Part shown: positions 1-13,519 of the stretch, in pieces
How positions within the stretch are numbered: position 1 is the first letter of the stretch
Layout of the letters: each line of letters begins with the position of its first letter
From: Camelus dromedarius
Lineage: Eukaryota
Length of the DNA: 64,000 nucleotides
Reading direction: 5' to 3'
Assembly: GCF_036321535.1 (NCBI RefSeq)
Contig: NC_087438.1
Span: 6,512,001-6,576,000 of the forward strand
Notes under the pieces: model-generated
What the model was told of the DNA's origin: nothing
Databases searched by the model: none
Seen by the model: the letters and a program-made list of their open reading frames with translations, nothing else
Program-made: the position numbers and the translations under genes

Positions 1-1210
1 AGGGTTTTTGTACCTATGTTTGTGGGAGATATTGGTCTATCATTTCATATTTTGGAATGTCTTCTCTGGTTTTGGTAAGAGTAATGATGACTTCTTAAAT
101 AAGCTGAGAAGTGTTCATCCTCTTCCAATCTGAAAGAGTACTATCAGTGTCATTTTTTTCCATAAGTATTTGTCAAAATTCACTATTAAAGACATCTGAA
201 TTTGAAGTTTTCTTTGTTGGAAGATTTTTAACTACAAATTTAATTTCTTTAACGGATATAGAATTAGTCACTTCATCTGAATTTTCTTAAGTGACCTTGG
301 ATAGATTATTTATCTTCAAAGAATGTATCCATTTCATCTAAGTTGTCAAATTATTGGCATAGAGTTGTTTATCATTTTCCATTACTATTTTCTTTAACTC
401 AGGTATGTTATGTAGCGATGTCTCCTCATTCATTCCTAGTATCGATAAATATCTCTCTCTCTTGTTTCTAACCAATCTGGTTAGAAGGTTTACTGATATT
501 ATTGCTCTTGTTAAACAGCTAGGTTTTATTTTCATTGATCTTCATTATTGTTTATTTCTACTTAACTGACTTATGCTCTTATCTTCGTTTTCTTCTTCCT
601 TCTGTTTACCATAGGTTTCTTTTGCCTTTTTTAAAGACTTCCTTAAGGAAGATCCCCAAATCATTGATAACAGATCTTTTTCCATCCCTAACATCAGTAA
701 ATAATGATGTAAACTGCCTTCAAGTTCTGCTTTAGCTATATCACAAATTTGGATAAGTTGTGCTTTTATTGTCATTCAGATGAAAACATTTTAGTTTCCC
801 TTTTATTTTTTTTTTATTTGATCTATAAGCCATTTAGAATTATACTGTTTAAATTCCAACACAATTTTCTATATATCATTCTGTTACTGATTTTTAGTTT
901 GAACCTGATGTGCTCATTGATCACACAGCATGATTTCAACCCTTTTAAATGTACTGAGGCTTGATTTATGCTGATCTATGTTTGGATTCCCCATCACTGT
1001 GCTGTCTTGGAAACTACTCTCAGTGAGTTGGGGCAATTATAGGACTCATCCTGTTTATTTCCCTTCTCTGAGTAATTATTCCCTATTCCACCCTCTGCCT
1101 GTTGTCCGTTGTCTGAAAGCTGTACTTGCTAGTACTTTGTCTGGTTTTTGTTTAAGCAAGAAAGTAAATCAGATCCCTTTTTCCCATCATGGCCAGACTG
1201 TAAAGTCCCC
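1..1210 (-). mobile_element. Ancient L1 (L1M-type) fragments, degenerate
   Basis: T-rich sequence resembling antisense L1 ORF2 (gatattggtctat..., aagaatgtatccatttcatctaagttgtcaaatt) followed by L1 5'-like sequence. No intact ORF. Confidence 0.75.
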
Positions 1211-1349
1211 TATATCATTTTTCAACTTAAAAATCATCTGTTTACCAAATCTTGGTCAAACAAGAGTCATATATGACAGAAACTCTCTGTCAACCTGAAT
1301 ATAATTTTCAAAATTAGCCTTATATGTTATGGTTAAAAACTCTATCATG

Positions 1350-1585
1350 TTATATGTAAAATCTAAAACATAATGATGAACTTATTTACAAAACAGAAAC
1401 AGACTCATAGACATAGAAAACAAACTTGTGGTTACCAGTGGGGAAAGGGAGCATGATGAGTAAATTGGGAGTTCAGGATTTGCAGATACTAACCACTATA
1501 TATAAAATAGATAAATGGCAATGTCCTACCCTATAGCACAGGGAACTATATGCAATACCTTGTATAATGAAAAGAATATGAAAAG

Positions 1586-1633
<48 letters not shown>

Positions 1634-1705
1634 AACTGAATCATTATGCTGTATATACACAAGAAATTAACATAACATTGTAAACTGACTACACTTCAAT
1701 TAAAA
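1350..1705 (+). mobile_element. 5'-truncated lineage-specific L1 3' end with a perfect 15-bp TSD
   Basis: L1 3'UTR motifs (acagactcatagacatagaaaacaaacttgtggttacc; acattgtaaactgactacacttcaatt + A tail). TSD aaaaactctatcatg at 1335-1349 and 1706-1720, at a TT/AAAA endonuclease site. Confidence 0.92.
1589..1628. repeat. (TA)20 microsatellite inside the L1 stub
   Basis: Uninterrupted TA run, seen directly. Confidence 0.97.
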
Positions 1706-2789
1706 AAAAACTCTATCATGAAAGAATTCACACAATCATATATTTTGCTTTGCATTATAGTCCCAAAACTAATTATTCTGAGTTAAGGATTTATACCTTG
1801 ATCCATGGATTTACCAGCTAAGATTTTATTTCCTCACTATGAAATGGAGAATTTATGATTTCCATGCTGAAGCTTTATTTTTTGTAGATATGCTTTTTTT
1901 TTTAAAGTAGGGCTGACTCTTTGGAATTAAGAAATATAAGCATTCAAATGAGTTCTAAATTTGAATGAATCATGTTTTATATAATTCTAGTCCATTTTCT
2001 TAAATTCAGAAAATGGTTGAATCTGGCTTGAACCATCCATACAATAACTTGAATTTTTCTCTTTAACTCCTAAATTATAAGTTTCTCAACATACCTTTGC
2101 ATTATACAGTTACTATCATTAAAATCTAGACAAAAATCAGAGAGATGAAATATTCAGATTTCTTATTCCTTTCATCACTGCTAGTTCCTCAAATCACTGT
2201 GCCTCATAGAGTTTTCAAAAACTGTTAATAGTTGAGAGCACTATACAGCTATATTTAAGCTTGATGCCAGCTATTTTTCATGTTGGATATAAAGATATCT
2301 GGGGCTGTAAGTTCATATTTTCACATACACATAAATGCACACAAACTCTCATTTCCCCTACTCAAGTATCCTACAAAGGCAGCTTTACTGTGCCCACTTT
2401 TTAAAGTGTTAATGGAGGCACAGATTATTAAGCAATTTACCCAAGTTCACAAAATCATCACGTCTCAGGACATAAACCCAAACCCTTGCCTTAGGCCATG
2501 CTGCTCCTTCTACTCCTCAAAAACCTGCCAGTAAGGACCTCCATTAAGGAGCCAGATCAACTTTAAGATTTCTCCTTATATATGGTAACCTCATACAACA
2601 CTGTTTATTTATCTGCAAATGAACTAGATATTCATCAGCCAAATGGTTCCACCGGTTAGGTGGACCTCAGTCTCAGCTTAGACAGGACGAGACCCTTCCG
2701 TGCCTCAGCAGTCCTCTCCTGCTAGTACATTAATATCAGCCTCCTGCTTTCTGGGGTTCAGAGCCAAGTCTCTGTTTTCAGCTGTTAAC

Positions 2790-3806
2790 ACGCTGGGAAA
2801 GGAACATTTTCTTCACTGGGCTTCCAGGATATTATCACTGAGTGTCCACTCCCCATCTTATTTGCTGCCTCCTCTCTCCAAACACTGAATTACTCCAGGG
2901 TTCACTCACTGGACCTCTTCTCTTTTTTTATCTGTATTAGTTCCCCTACAGATTTCATCCAGTCTCATGGCTTTACATGATATCTGTAAGCTAATAAAAC
3001 CCAAATGTCTACTTCCAGCCAAGACTGCTCCCCAGAACCCCCCACTTGTATACGCAACTGACTACTTGACATTTCCACTTGGATGCGAAAGAAGCATCTC
3101 ATATTTAACATGTCCAAAATTGAGCTCCTGATATTCTTTCCAAGTGTGACTCTCTTCCAATCTCCCTCTTCTCAGTAAACAGCACTTCCACTCCAACCTA
3201 CTGCTCAGGTCAAAAGCCTTGGAGTCACTCTTGCCTTTCTCTTTCTCTCACAGCACATATACAATCTGAAGGGAAATACTTTGGAATTGACTTCTAAATA
3301 AGCTATATCATGAATATAGCCACGGCTCCCTGGTGTCTGCTGCTAACACCCTCATCCAAGCCACCACCATCACCAGCCTAGATGACTCACCAGCACCCAA
3401 ACTGCCCTCCCTGCCCTGCATCCACCTGCTCACCTGCAATTCAGTCTATCCTCAGCACAGCAGCCAGGGTGATCCTTTACATCCTGTTAGTTCCTCTACT
3501 ACATCATTCATCTACTCAAAATCTTCCAGTGGCTCCCTACCTCACTCAAAATCAAGGTCAAAATTCTTAAAGGCCCTACAGGCCCTGGCCCCTATTAGCC
3601 TTCTGATCTCATCTCCATTACTCACCTCCAAGGATCCTTCCATTCTGGTCATCCTGGCCTCCCTGCTGTTACTCCAACCTGCCAAGTGCACCCCCACCTC
3701 TGGGCCTTGCACACCTGCTCTTCCCTCCGCCTGGAACACTCTCTTCTCCCTTATCCACAGGGCTTGTCCCCTGACCTCCTTTAGGCCTTGACTCAATGCG
3801 TCATTC
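2790..3806 (+). mobile_element. L2 LINE fragment; continues at about 4305-4540 after an LTR insertion
   Basis: L2 hallmark motifs such as caactgactacttgacatttccacttggatg...aacatgtccaaaattgagctc and ttccctccgcctggaacactct. Confidence 0.85.
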
Positions 3807-4300
3807 TGTAGAAGTCATGATCTAGTCAGGAAAACAGAAATCACCCTAGATAGCTCAAACAGGGGAAATTTAACATAGGGAACTGGGTGGGAAGGTCCTG
3901 GAAGAACAGAGTAAGCAAAAGGATGAGGGACAGGGCCTGGGAAGCCACGGGGAAGAATGCTTGACACACAGAGACCAGCAGTTGCTGACAGGTGGGGGTG
4001 GAGCCCACGAGCCTGCTCCTGCTGCTGCGCCCTCCTCCGGCAGCTGCGATGCAAGCTATGATGGCCGGCTCCTCGGCTGGGGAATTAGAATCAACTCCGG
4101 CCTCAGCCACCCTACAGAGGCGTAAAGGTGATCCTCAGTATTCCTCCAGCCTCCTTGGCAGCTGCCGGTTCCTCCCATTCACACAGCCTATGAGGACCCC
4201 ACTGGTACGGGAGCCTGAAAATTTCACTGACTCCCTGACAGCGAAATATAAAAGGGGCAGGCATGGGGCTGGAGGCAACAGGTAGGTACCCTGATGAAGA
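3807..4300. mobile_element. ERVL-class solo LTR (LTR33/LTR16-like) interrupting L2
   Basis: Begins with tagtcaggaaaacagaaatcaccctagatagctcaaacaggggaaatttaacataggga, typical of old ERVL LTR ends. L2 sequence resumes afterwards. Subfamily uncertain. Confidence 0.55.
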
Positions 4301-4304
4301 TCGC

Positions 4305-4540
4305 AAGACCCCTCCCTGCCGTAACCCATTCCCTGCTTTATGTCTCTCCTCAGCCCTTAGCGCCGGGTACCCCGGTCCATATTCCATCCTCTTGTTATCA
4401 CTGCTTGTCTCCCCTGATGGAATGTTAACTCAGCGCCGGCCGATGGCTCTCCTGTTTCACTTACTGGGTAACCTCATGACCGAAACCCTTTCCAGCACAT
4501 CAGAGGCACTCCATAAAGACTGGCTGACTTATTAATGAGC
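4305..4540 (+). mobile_element. L2 3' end
   Basis: tgcttgtctcccctgatggaatgttaactc...cagcacatcagaggcactccataaagactggctga resembles the L2a terminus. Confidence 0.65.
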
Positions 4541-7500
4541 TGGACCTCTGCTTTTATCTTGAAACAAGCAGAAGCTGAAGCACTCTGTGTGCTGAGGCGA
4601 GGGCATCACATGGCACAAAAAATCGAAAATATAAATGAGAATGGCAGTCGTCCATCACTGCCCAAGAGCTACCGGGGACACCCCGCCAGACAGCCGGCGT
4701 TCCCGGCGTTCCCGGAGCTGGGGCCTCGCCTCGCTGGCTTTATTTAACAGGGTCTGGAGTCTCTCTAATACGCAGCCCCGAGGCACTTTCAAGGTGGGAA
4801 TGGCCAAATAGCATAACCGCGACTCAGTCATCTCGCAGATCGGAGGAAGAGACTCATTCTGGCGTGTTAGCGCACACAGTCACCGCGCTCTTGTCCATGA
4901 CACGTGTGACACGTGTGATTAGGCCCTTGGAGGTCCACCTCTGAGTCACAGGAGGGGAACAGGAAAGAAAACGAGAAATTAAAGAATCACTTCCCCTAAA
5001 AAAAGCTTCAGGAACATTAAAAGTTACAGTGCTGATTAAATTAGTACACAAACTACGGTTTAGAAACCTCAGTGGAGTGAGTCTTTTCTTTGTCATGTTG
5101 CTAACAGGGAAATTTCAGCCCTGCTGTGTGCTGGGCATAAGGCTCTGTCTCCTCCAATGTGACAATGGCTTTCCCTTGCCTTGGTATTAGAGGACAAGAA
5201 GTCATATATCCAAGAAAAATACTGCTTAATTAAAAGTTTATTCACCCTGCATTTAATCTCCAACTCTTACTCATAAATAAAATAAGGATGGTAAGATTTT
5301 TATCTACCTGCATTATGAGAAACAAATGAATTGCCCATTTAATGCTTAGAAACACTATGATATGCTTGAAGACAAATGAAATATATAATATACCATTTAA
5401 GGCCAAATGAAATGATTGTTTTAAATCAGAGTCCTGTCAATAACTTTACAAAAATCTTATCCCCAGTTTTAATGCAATCCCATTGAACTACTCAACTAAT
5501 AAAGTATTCCATTTGCACTCTTAAAATAATAAAAACTCCACTGAGACAAAGCAACCAAGAAATTGATCATCTCAAGATAAAATATAGATGTTGATTCTGA
5601 CAAATTATTTCATTAGTGGCCCTAGAACACAAAAGTAATACAAAAGCTATTGACAATTCTCAAAATATTTTCCTTAGAACTTGCTCATTGTTTATAAAAT
5701 ACATACAACAGGGACCCTCTCAGCTTTCATCAGTCAAAGATCAGTCACAACATAAAAGTACAACGTAGGTTTTGAAGCCAGTTCACCCAGTGAATAACGC
5801 AGAGTGGTTTTACAGTGAAAGCATTTTTTTCTAACACTTTTATGCACTCGTGTATGATCTTATATGCCGATATCATGGCGGTAAAATTGGTGTGTTTTTT
5901 AATATTCCATTTTTTCAGATAGCAAATGAGCAACAGACTTTAAAATAAAAACTGCAGTACCAAGTGCGATTTGTAACGTGTAACACAGGCAGTGTGCTCA
6001 TACCTTAGTTGCTTCACTTGCAGATAGGTTCAGATATTTTGTGCATGTGGATTTTGAGATTACATTATACGAAAATTCAGTCATTTGCATAATAGAAGTC
6101 AAATTTTGATGGATCAAAGGACTTTTTAAGAATCCATAACACTTTTCCTCCCCAAGTAAACCCAAAGGAGGATAATTCATAATCTGTTATGAAACCAGAG
6201 AGTCACACTTAGTTAATGTCAATTTTAGTTTTTATAAAGAAAAGCATTGAGTTCAAGACAATTTTTAACAGTAAGTGGTGCCTTGCTGTACTTTAATCAG
6301 ATTCATATGAAAATATTAAAATGAATTTTATGCAATCTATTTTTAATTAAAATACATTTTCCTAATTCCTCCTTGGAGAAAGTAGGCCACTGTCATGCAC
6401 TCATACACACTTATGATTCATAAAGGTCAAATGGCAGATCTGAGACTAGAAGAACAGGGAGAAATGCTGGAAGCAATTTTAATCAAGGTTTACGTGCTCA
6501 AAGACTCCGGAATCTCTAAAATCTGACAGGAACTCTAGAAATTATCTGCTACGGTCCCTGCTGTGGTGATGAGGGTCCTAGACTTAGAAGAGGTAAAACC
6601 CGGCCAGGGTCATGAGACCACATGGCTGTCTAGGGCGTTAGACACCAGAAAGCCAAAACCCGGAGAGAAAACAGAGCGCCATGGGGCTCGTACGGAGCAG
6701 TAGGATGTCCATGAGGACATGGGACCACGGGACACACTAGGACAGGGATGGAACCCTGGCACAGAAACGGCTTTTTTGTCTCCCATCTAGTGTCCCTCTG
6801 TTTTTTCCTAAAAGGTTACAGTCCACTGTGCCTTGGAGGGTAACTGAGGCTCCAATCTCTGGCCCCAGAGGGAGCAGGTGGAGAGCCAAGCAACGCCAGT
6901 GGTCCCAGGGATGTGAGCAAGATGAGGGCATCGTGGTTAGAGACAGGACCACGGGCAGGATGGTAGTTCACAGGGCAGGTGGAAATGTGCACCTGCCACC
7001 CTACAGATGGTGGAGGACCCGCCTCTCAGAGGTGGGCGGGGCCGGGCTCCCAGTCAATAACACGAAGATGAGCCAACACAAAGTTACAAAGCATGCCACA
7101 TGTTCTTACTGTCAACATTTAACAAAGTAAACCTTTAACACGAAGACAATGGAAAATAATTATACTATTCAAAAGAAAAATACAGGAGCTGTGAAAAATA
7201 ATCACTCACACTGTGGAATGTGGATAGAACCTGAGTTTAAAATCCCTTTCAGTCATGGTTCTTTCAATCACCCAAGACTACCTGCGGGGACAAAGGCAGG
7301 TGTTTGAACTCAAGGGCTCCATGGCACGGCCCAGTTCAGCTCTGTGGTGGCCTGAGCCGGAACAGCCATTTCAGTTCCCTCTAATGCTCTTCCCAAGACC
7401 TGTGGCCACATGTGGCTAATCCAGGGTCAAGGACAGCTCTTCTTAAGTCTCCAAACAATCCTCAGACCAATCAACAAATCCAGAAGGAGGGAGACGCTCA

Positions 7501-9005
7501 GTGAGAGCGTCAAGGAGTTGGAGATAAAGATCCCAGGAACCTGAGAGTAGAATTAGCAGCACCCGGCTGGATTCTGCAGCAGAAGAAAAGCCTCCGAATT
7601 AGTCATGATATTAAGGCTGCGAGGCAAAGCGAGCCTGCGTAGGGCATGACTCACTCCAACACTGGTCCTTCTCTGTGCATGATGCGACATGGCTCCCGTT
7701 CCTATAACTGGAGCACGTGCTCCAAACAGCAAGTGAGCTGGGTCAACTTTAATCAATAAACAAACAAAAGCAGAATACGACGCGATTGCCTTAAGTGGAT
7801 ATTAAATGTTTAAAACTCATTTCAGAGACGGTTATGAGACTCAGTAAGTGTTCTGAGAAACATGCTGTCTCGCAGGGACACTATTTTTTCCCTCTTTATT
7901 GGAGCAGACATTCAGGCAGACGACAAGGACAAGCGTGAAGGGTGCATCTGTACCGGGTCGGAGTGTTCTAGCAGCTACCGCTCAGCCAGGGATAAATATT
8001 CCAGAGCGTGCCGTCCAGGGAGTAACCCTGCTAACACAGCAGGCAGTTAGAGCCTGCCGAGCGATGAACTCCACCGGACAAGAGGAGCCCGAAGTGGCAA
8101 ATATTTCACTGAGGCTGGAGAAAGATCCCGCCAGCCTCTCCTGCCTAGCCAGGTAAGCCGAATCGAGACCAAGAAAGTGTGCTGCGTTGTATTAAGACGT
8201 TACTGTAGCATCTGCTTCACTTCTTTACTAGCCTCTTGTGAAGAGAGCCTCCAACCTGTAACACTGAATCATGCAATTTTAAATGTACCTGGAAATCCAG
8301 ATTTTAAATGGCAAGATTATCCAGCCTTTCCTTTATTCCTCTCTTTTCGCTGTTTCATCATACTTCCTCAGACTTTCTTGTAGAGACTACAGAAACGTGT
8401 TCACCTAGCACTGTGGCCACCTGCTCAGCTGTAACGCGAGCCGTTTCAAGGGCTGACTGGGCTCCGAATATCCACAGGGAGTCTTTTGTGTACATTTTTG
8501 ATCAACAGTCTTATCCCTTCTTAAAAGAAGTACTTCCTTCCTAAAGCCCCGTGCTCTTGGCCCACGGCCTGCCTCCTCCTTCTCAGCCAAGACGGACGTT
8601 CTCAGGAGCCCCCTCCCCTTCCAGCCACCCCCTCCCTCTCACTGTCCCGCATCCTGGGTGCCTGGCCTCCCCCAGTCTGGGCTCACTGGAGGTGGGCTCT
8701 GCTTCCTGTCAGCTAATCCCTCACCTGTGCCCGGTATCCTGTCCCCTCCTACAGCCCGGGGGACTTTGCCCAGTTTATCATCTCCCCTTCTCTCCTCTCT
8801 CTTCAGCCTCATCCTTCACCATTTCCATTTAAGGATGACTAAGTAATGCTCCCTTAAAAGCCATCCCCTGTCCTCGTGTGCCTGCCAACTGAGACAATAA
8901 TTCTATTTTTATATCTATTTCTTCACCTCTCATCTCTCCCTCCACTCATCACCATCCAGTTTCTTCCCTCAGCACTGCTCTCAAACTACTTTGATCAATG
9001 CCCCT

Positions 9006-9455
9006 TGCTATGAATTGAAGTCCCCCACAAAAGATACACTGAAGTCCAAATCCCATGTACCTGTGATTGTGACCATACCTAGAAACAGACCTTGACATAA
9101 TTGAGTAAGATGAGGTCTTGCTGGGTTAGGGTGGCCCTAAATCCAGTACGACTTGTGTCCTTACAAAAAGAAGAGAAGACAAAAACAGAGGCCCAGAGAG
9201 AATGCCACGTGACTATAGACTCAGAGGGTGGGGATACGTCTACAAGCCAAGGGAGGCCAAGGATGGATGACAGCCACCAGAAGCTAAGAAGAGGCGAAGA
9301 AAGACTCTTCCCTGGAGCCTTTGGAGAGAGAATGGCCCCGCTGCCACCTTGATTCTGTACTTCCAGCCTCCAGAGCTGCCAGAGAAGATATCTTTGTTGT
9401 TTTAAGTCACCTGGTTTGTGGTATTTCATTACAGCAACACTGGGAAACTAACACA
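9006..9455 (+). mobile_element. MaLR solo LTR (MLT1B/C-like), near full length
   Basis: TG...CA termini (tgctatgaattgaa...gggaaactaacaca) and internal motifs agggtggccctaaatccagt and cttccagcctccagagctg. Confidence 0.88.
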
Positions 9456-10899
9456 TCATTGATGATAGAATTTCTGAGAGGGCGACCATCTGTCCCAGTT
9501 CCCCCAGAACATAGGACTTTCAGTGCTGCACCCCAAAAAAGTCCTGGGAAAATCAAGATGAGTTTGTCACTCTACCTCTGGCCCACATCTGCCTTGAACT
9601 TGCAGCATCATCAGATACTCTGACAGCCACCTCCTTCTTGAAAAGCTCTCCAGTGATACCTTGCTCTCAACTAGTAAATTCCATCGGTGGCAGGTAGGAC
9701 CTCAGCTGCCTCAATCTGAAGTCATCATTTCAGACTGTCCTCCTTTATCCCATCTGGAATCAACAGCCAAGAACTTAGGGATCACACTCTGTGCCTCCTG
9801 CTCCCTCCTGTCTCACATCCTTTAAGCCATCAACAGCACCCTCTTCAAATTTCCATAATCCACTGAATTCTTGACATTGCTGCTACCACTCCCACAGCTC
9901 AGTCCCTCACTATGGCTGGCTGGCTGCCTTTGGTCACAGCAGCAGCCCCGGAGTGGGGTCTTCCAGCCTCCATCTCGCCATCCTCCATGCAGACAGAGGG
10001 GGACATCTAGAGACGCCTTCGGATGCTGTGCAGTATTGAGTCCCGACTGTCTCAACTCCCTCTGCCTCCTCTCCACAACTAAAACTGAGAATCCATGACT
10101 TAGGTACTTGCCACTTGCCAGAACCTGTTGGGCTCCCTCCCTCACTTCAGGGCTTAGGCATTGCTGGCCTCCTCTCCCTGGACACCACTCCCTTCATGAG
10201 ATTCATAAACACCGTGTAACCGTCATCTGGGATTCAGCTCTGGCATGGCCTCCTCCTGGAAACCTTCCTTCACCACGCCTCTACTCCCAGCCTGTCTGGT
10301 TGGTTCGGACACCCCATCCCTGGGCTCCCACAGCACCTGGCAGAGACACCCGTTAGGACCCTTAAAAGAATGTAAACCAATGGTCCTTTTGGCTTATATT
10401 CCTAATGATATTCTAAACCCTTAACAGGAACAGTGTTTCTTGCTTCTGTCTCCTCAGTATTTAGCACAGACCCCAGTACATAATAGACACCTGTTAAAGG
10501 GGTGTTGAATGTTCACTCCAAATTTTAAAAATACAAATTAAGAGGATGCTGAAATGCCATTTATGAACGACAGGACTGTCCCGGATCCCAGAGCCTAACA
10601 GAGCACTCTGCTGGGAAGGCCAGTGGGAAACAGACACTCACACCCAGGGCAAAGAGAATGCAGACAGGGCCAACCTTCACGAAAAGGAGATGCGCACTTT
10701 CCAGCAAAACCACAACTGCATTAACTTTGTGACTCAGCAACCCCAATTCCAGGGACCCCGCCCCCAACCTGGTCACAAACAAGACAGAATAATGCAAACA
10801 TCTCCCAGCAGGGAGCGCTGAGCAGACTGCAGTTCATCACACAGAGGAGAGCTCCGTGGCTACAGAGTGAAGTGACAGAAAGCCACACTACAGGGGAGT

Positions 10900-12850
10900 G
10901 GGCTCCAGGACACACCAGAATGTCAAAAAATGCTCGCTAGAGAACAGTTTGGATCTACGCCACTTTTTAAGAAATGAGGGTAGGACTGCATTTACATATG
11001 TATGTGTGTGGAGCTTTGATTACATTAAAAAGAAGCATAAACCACAAAATGTAAGTAAAGGGTGAGCAAAAGGCACAGAGAGGGAACACGGTGAAGAAAT
11101 TAGGCAGTAAAGCTCGTTTTTCTGAACACCTGTTGTTTTATTAACTTGAATTTAAACACTATAAAATAATGCGATGTAAATTTTGAAAATCAAACGCAAA
11201 ATTAAACGAATGAAATTAACTGGACTTTGAGTTGGTGGCACCATCACACAGAAAGGAAATTATTTCAAGTGATTTCGAAGCAGTAATTTTGCTTCAACTT
11301 CCCAGCGAAATTTATACCCTGAGGACTAAAAGAAGGACCGTCATCTTAAAAGGATTTTCTGTAGTCAAAAATGACTAGAGATGCAGAAAACTGTTATTCT
11401 GAGACAGCTGAGGGTGTATGGCAGGAAAAGGCAAAAGGAATAATTACGCTGGCCTGCAGAGACAGGATTCTGTGCACAGGAGAAAAAGATAGAGGCACAA
11501 AATGGAAGAGGTCCAGAAAAACCAGAGCGTCCCGGAGATGAACTGGAAATAACCAGAGCAACTTATGGTGCATTTTAAAGAACGTTTTCCTTAGTTCTGT
11601 ACACTGAACAGACCTCACTTTGAGCAGCTCTGTGCTCAAATCATACAAAAATGGCTAATTCTTAGGTCTACCAAAGGAAATGAAGAGGAGTCAGGAACAT
11701 CTTGTTATCCCAGAGGATTAATCAAGCCATCAAAGGCCACTGGGTTGTGACAAAAGAATTCAGGACCCAACCTCAAGAGGCTCCCCTAAGTTTGAAGTGT
11801 GATGATTTCACCATTTATAAGAATAAAAGCTGTAATTGATTGAAATATACCAAATATTGAAATTTGTGTATTAAAAATATTTCTAATAATCAACATTTTT
11901 AAAAAAGCAAACATAACATCTTATTTGTCCTCTTTGTATAATGCTAGAGAACCAACTAACTGGGCTCTGGGAAAAAACAGTAAAGGGAAGGAAAAATAAA
12001 AACATTCACTCTGCCTTTCCTATGTGAGTTGCACCCTTAGGATATTCAAATAGTTGATGAGGGAAAGTTGCTTTATGGGTAAATATTTTAGCCACTAAAT
12101 GAAGAAAGAATAGCAAAATTTAAAACTCCCAGTTTTGCACCCATGAATGAATCAGTAGACTGAGGCCATGATCTTCTATGACCGATAATTTCACATCCCA
12201 GTGAAGGTCACAGCAGAGACAGAAAGATTCACACCCTCATCTAAGTGGCCTCTCAATCACTAATTTACAGCAATATTCGGGACAGAAGAACATCTGAATG
12301 ACACTAATGGGATGCACTTGGCAAAATCCAGACTGTGGGAAACTCTACAGAACAAAGAACTCGAGTTTGTTTAAAAATTAATTTGCAAGGGAAGTATCCC
12401 CACCACCAGCACCACCAACAAAACACAGTGAAAGATTCAGAGACTCAAGAGCTAAACCAACCAACTGCCATATATGGACTTCACCCAGTTCCTGACTCAA
12501 TCTAACTGCTAGCTGAAAAACGCACAAGCCTTCTTGAGACCACCAGGGACCTCACGGCACTCACTGACGTTTGCCAATTTTATGGAATTGGTTTCTGTTT
12601 GGGTTTTCGATTGGTGTGATAATGTCAGTATGAATTCTTTATCTTTGATAGTCAAGAACTGAAATATTATAATAACATTATAGGATTTCTTGAATTTGCT
12701 TCTAAATGGTGAGTGTAGGTGGAGCACGGGTAGAGATTTAAAAGAAAAAAGATGAGTCATGAATTAATAAATGCTGGGACTGGGTGTTCCTTTGGACTAT
12801 TCTATTTTTGTAGATATTTTAAATTTTTTGTGATACAACAGTTACAAAAT
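10900..12850 (+). mobile_element. Old L1 3' region (L1MC/L1ME-like), degenerate
   Basis: Motifs gaaaggaaattatttcaagtgatt, gacaaaagaattcaggacccaacctcaagaggctccc and gcaaaatccagactgtgggaaactctacag. Confidence 0.65.
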
Positions 12851-13519
12851 AACAAACCACAAAACTACTTATTGGATGAATTATTAAAATACAATGTCTG
12901 ATGAATTATACCAGCTTCATACTGTAACTGTAAGTTCCTTGCAGGCAGAGACAAAGGCTAACCTACTCTTCATCCCGAATGCTTAGAGTGCCCAGGGTGT
13001 AAGGAACCCTAAATAAGTTTTGATGAATTAAAGAGTAGAAGAATGTATATACATGCTAATTAATTAATCCTACAGACCTGTGGCGATACTTGAGACAGTA
13101 AACCAATTCTGCCTGCCATGCGATGCCAGATAAAAAGCACACAATTTGTGGTAAGACTAAGGCTTTGTTGGGAAATGCTAAAGTGAAGAAATTTCTGCTT
13201 TACTTGGTTTTGTTGTTATTTCCGTGGGCCACATTTTTCTCCCCTGGTTCAAATGCCTAGGAGGCTGACAGCACCGGTTAACTAAAGGTGACCCCAAAGA
13301 TGCGATTTTCTACCCATGATAACTCTGGGCTTGAATTCTTCTTGAGACGGTGATCGGTTTCAGAATATGAAATTCTTGTGACAGGGAATTTGGTATTTTT
13401 GCTCTTATTGGAAACAATGTCTAAAACAGAGTGACAGGACCATCGAGTGATAACCACCGCGACCCTCCATCACTGAGCAGGGACTGTGCATTTCAGTGGC
13501 ACCCTTGCTTGCCCCTCAC

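Noticed and set aside
338..775. Minus-strand ORFs with an L1 ORF2-like flavour
   Set aside because: Fragments of a decayed L1 with stops and frameshifts, not a functional gene.
3333..4535. Cluster of overlapping 60-150 aa ORFs
   Set aside because: They lie within L2 and LTR remnants, with low-complexity S/P/L composition.
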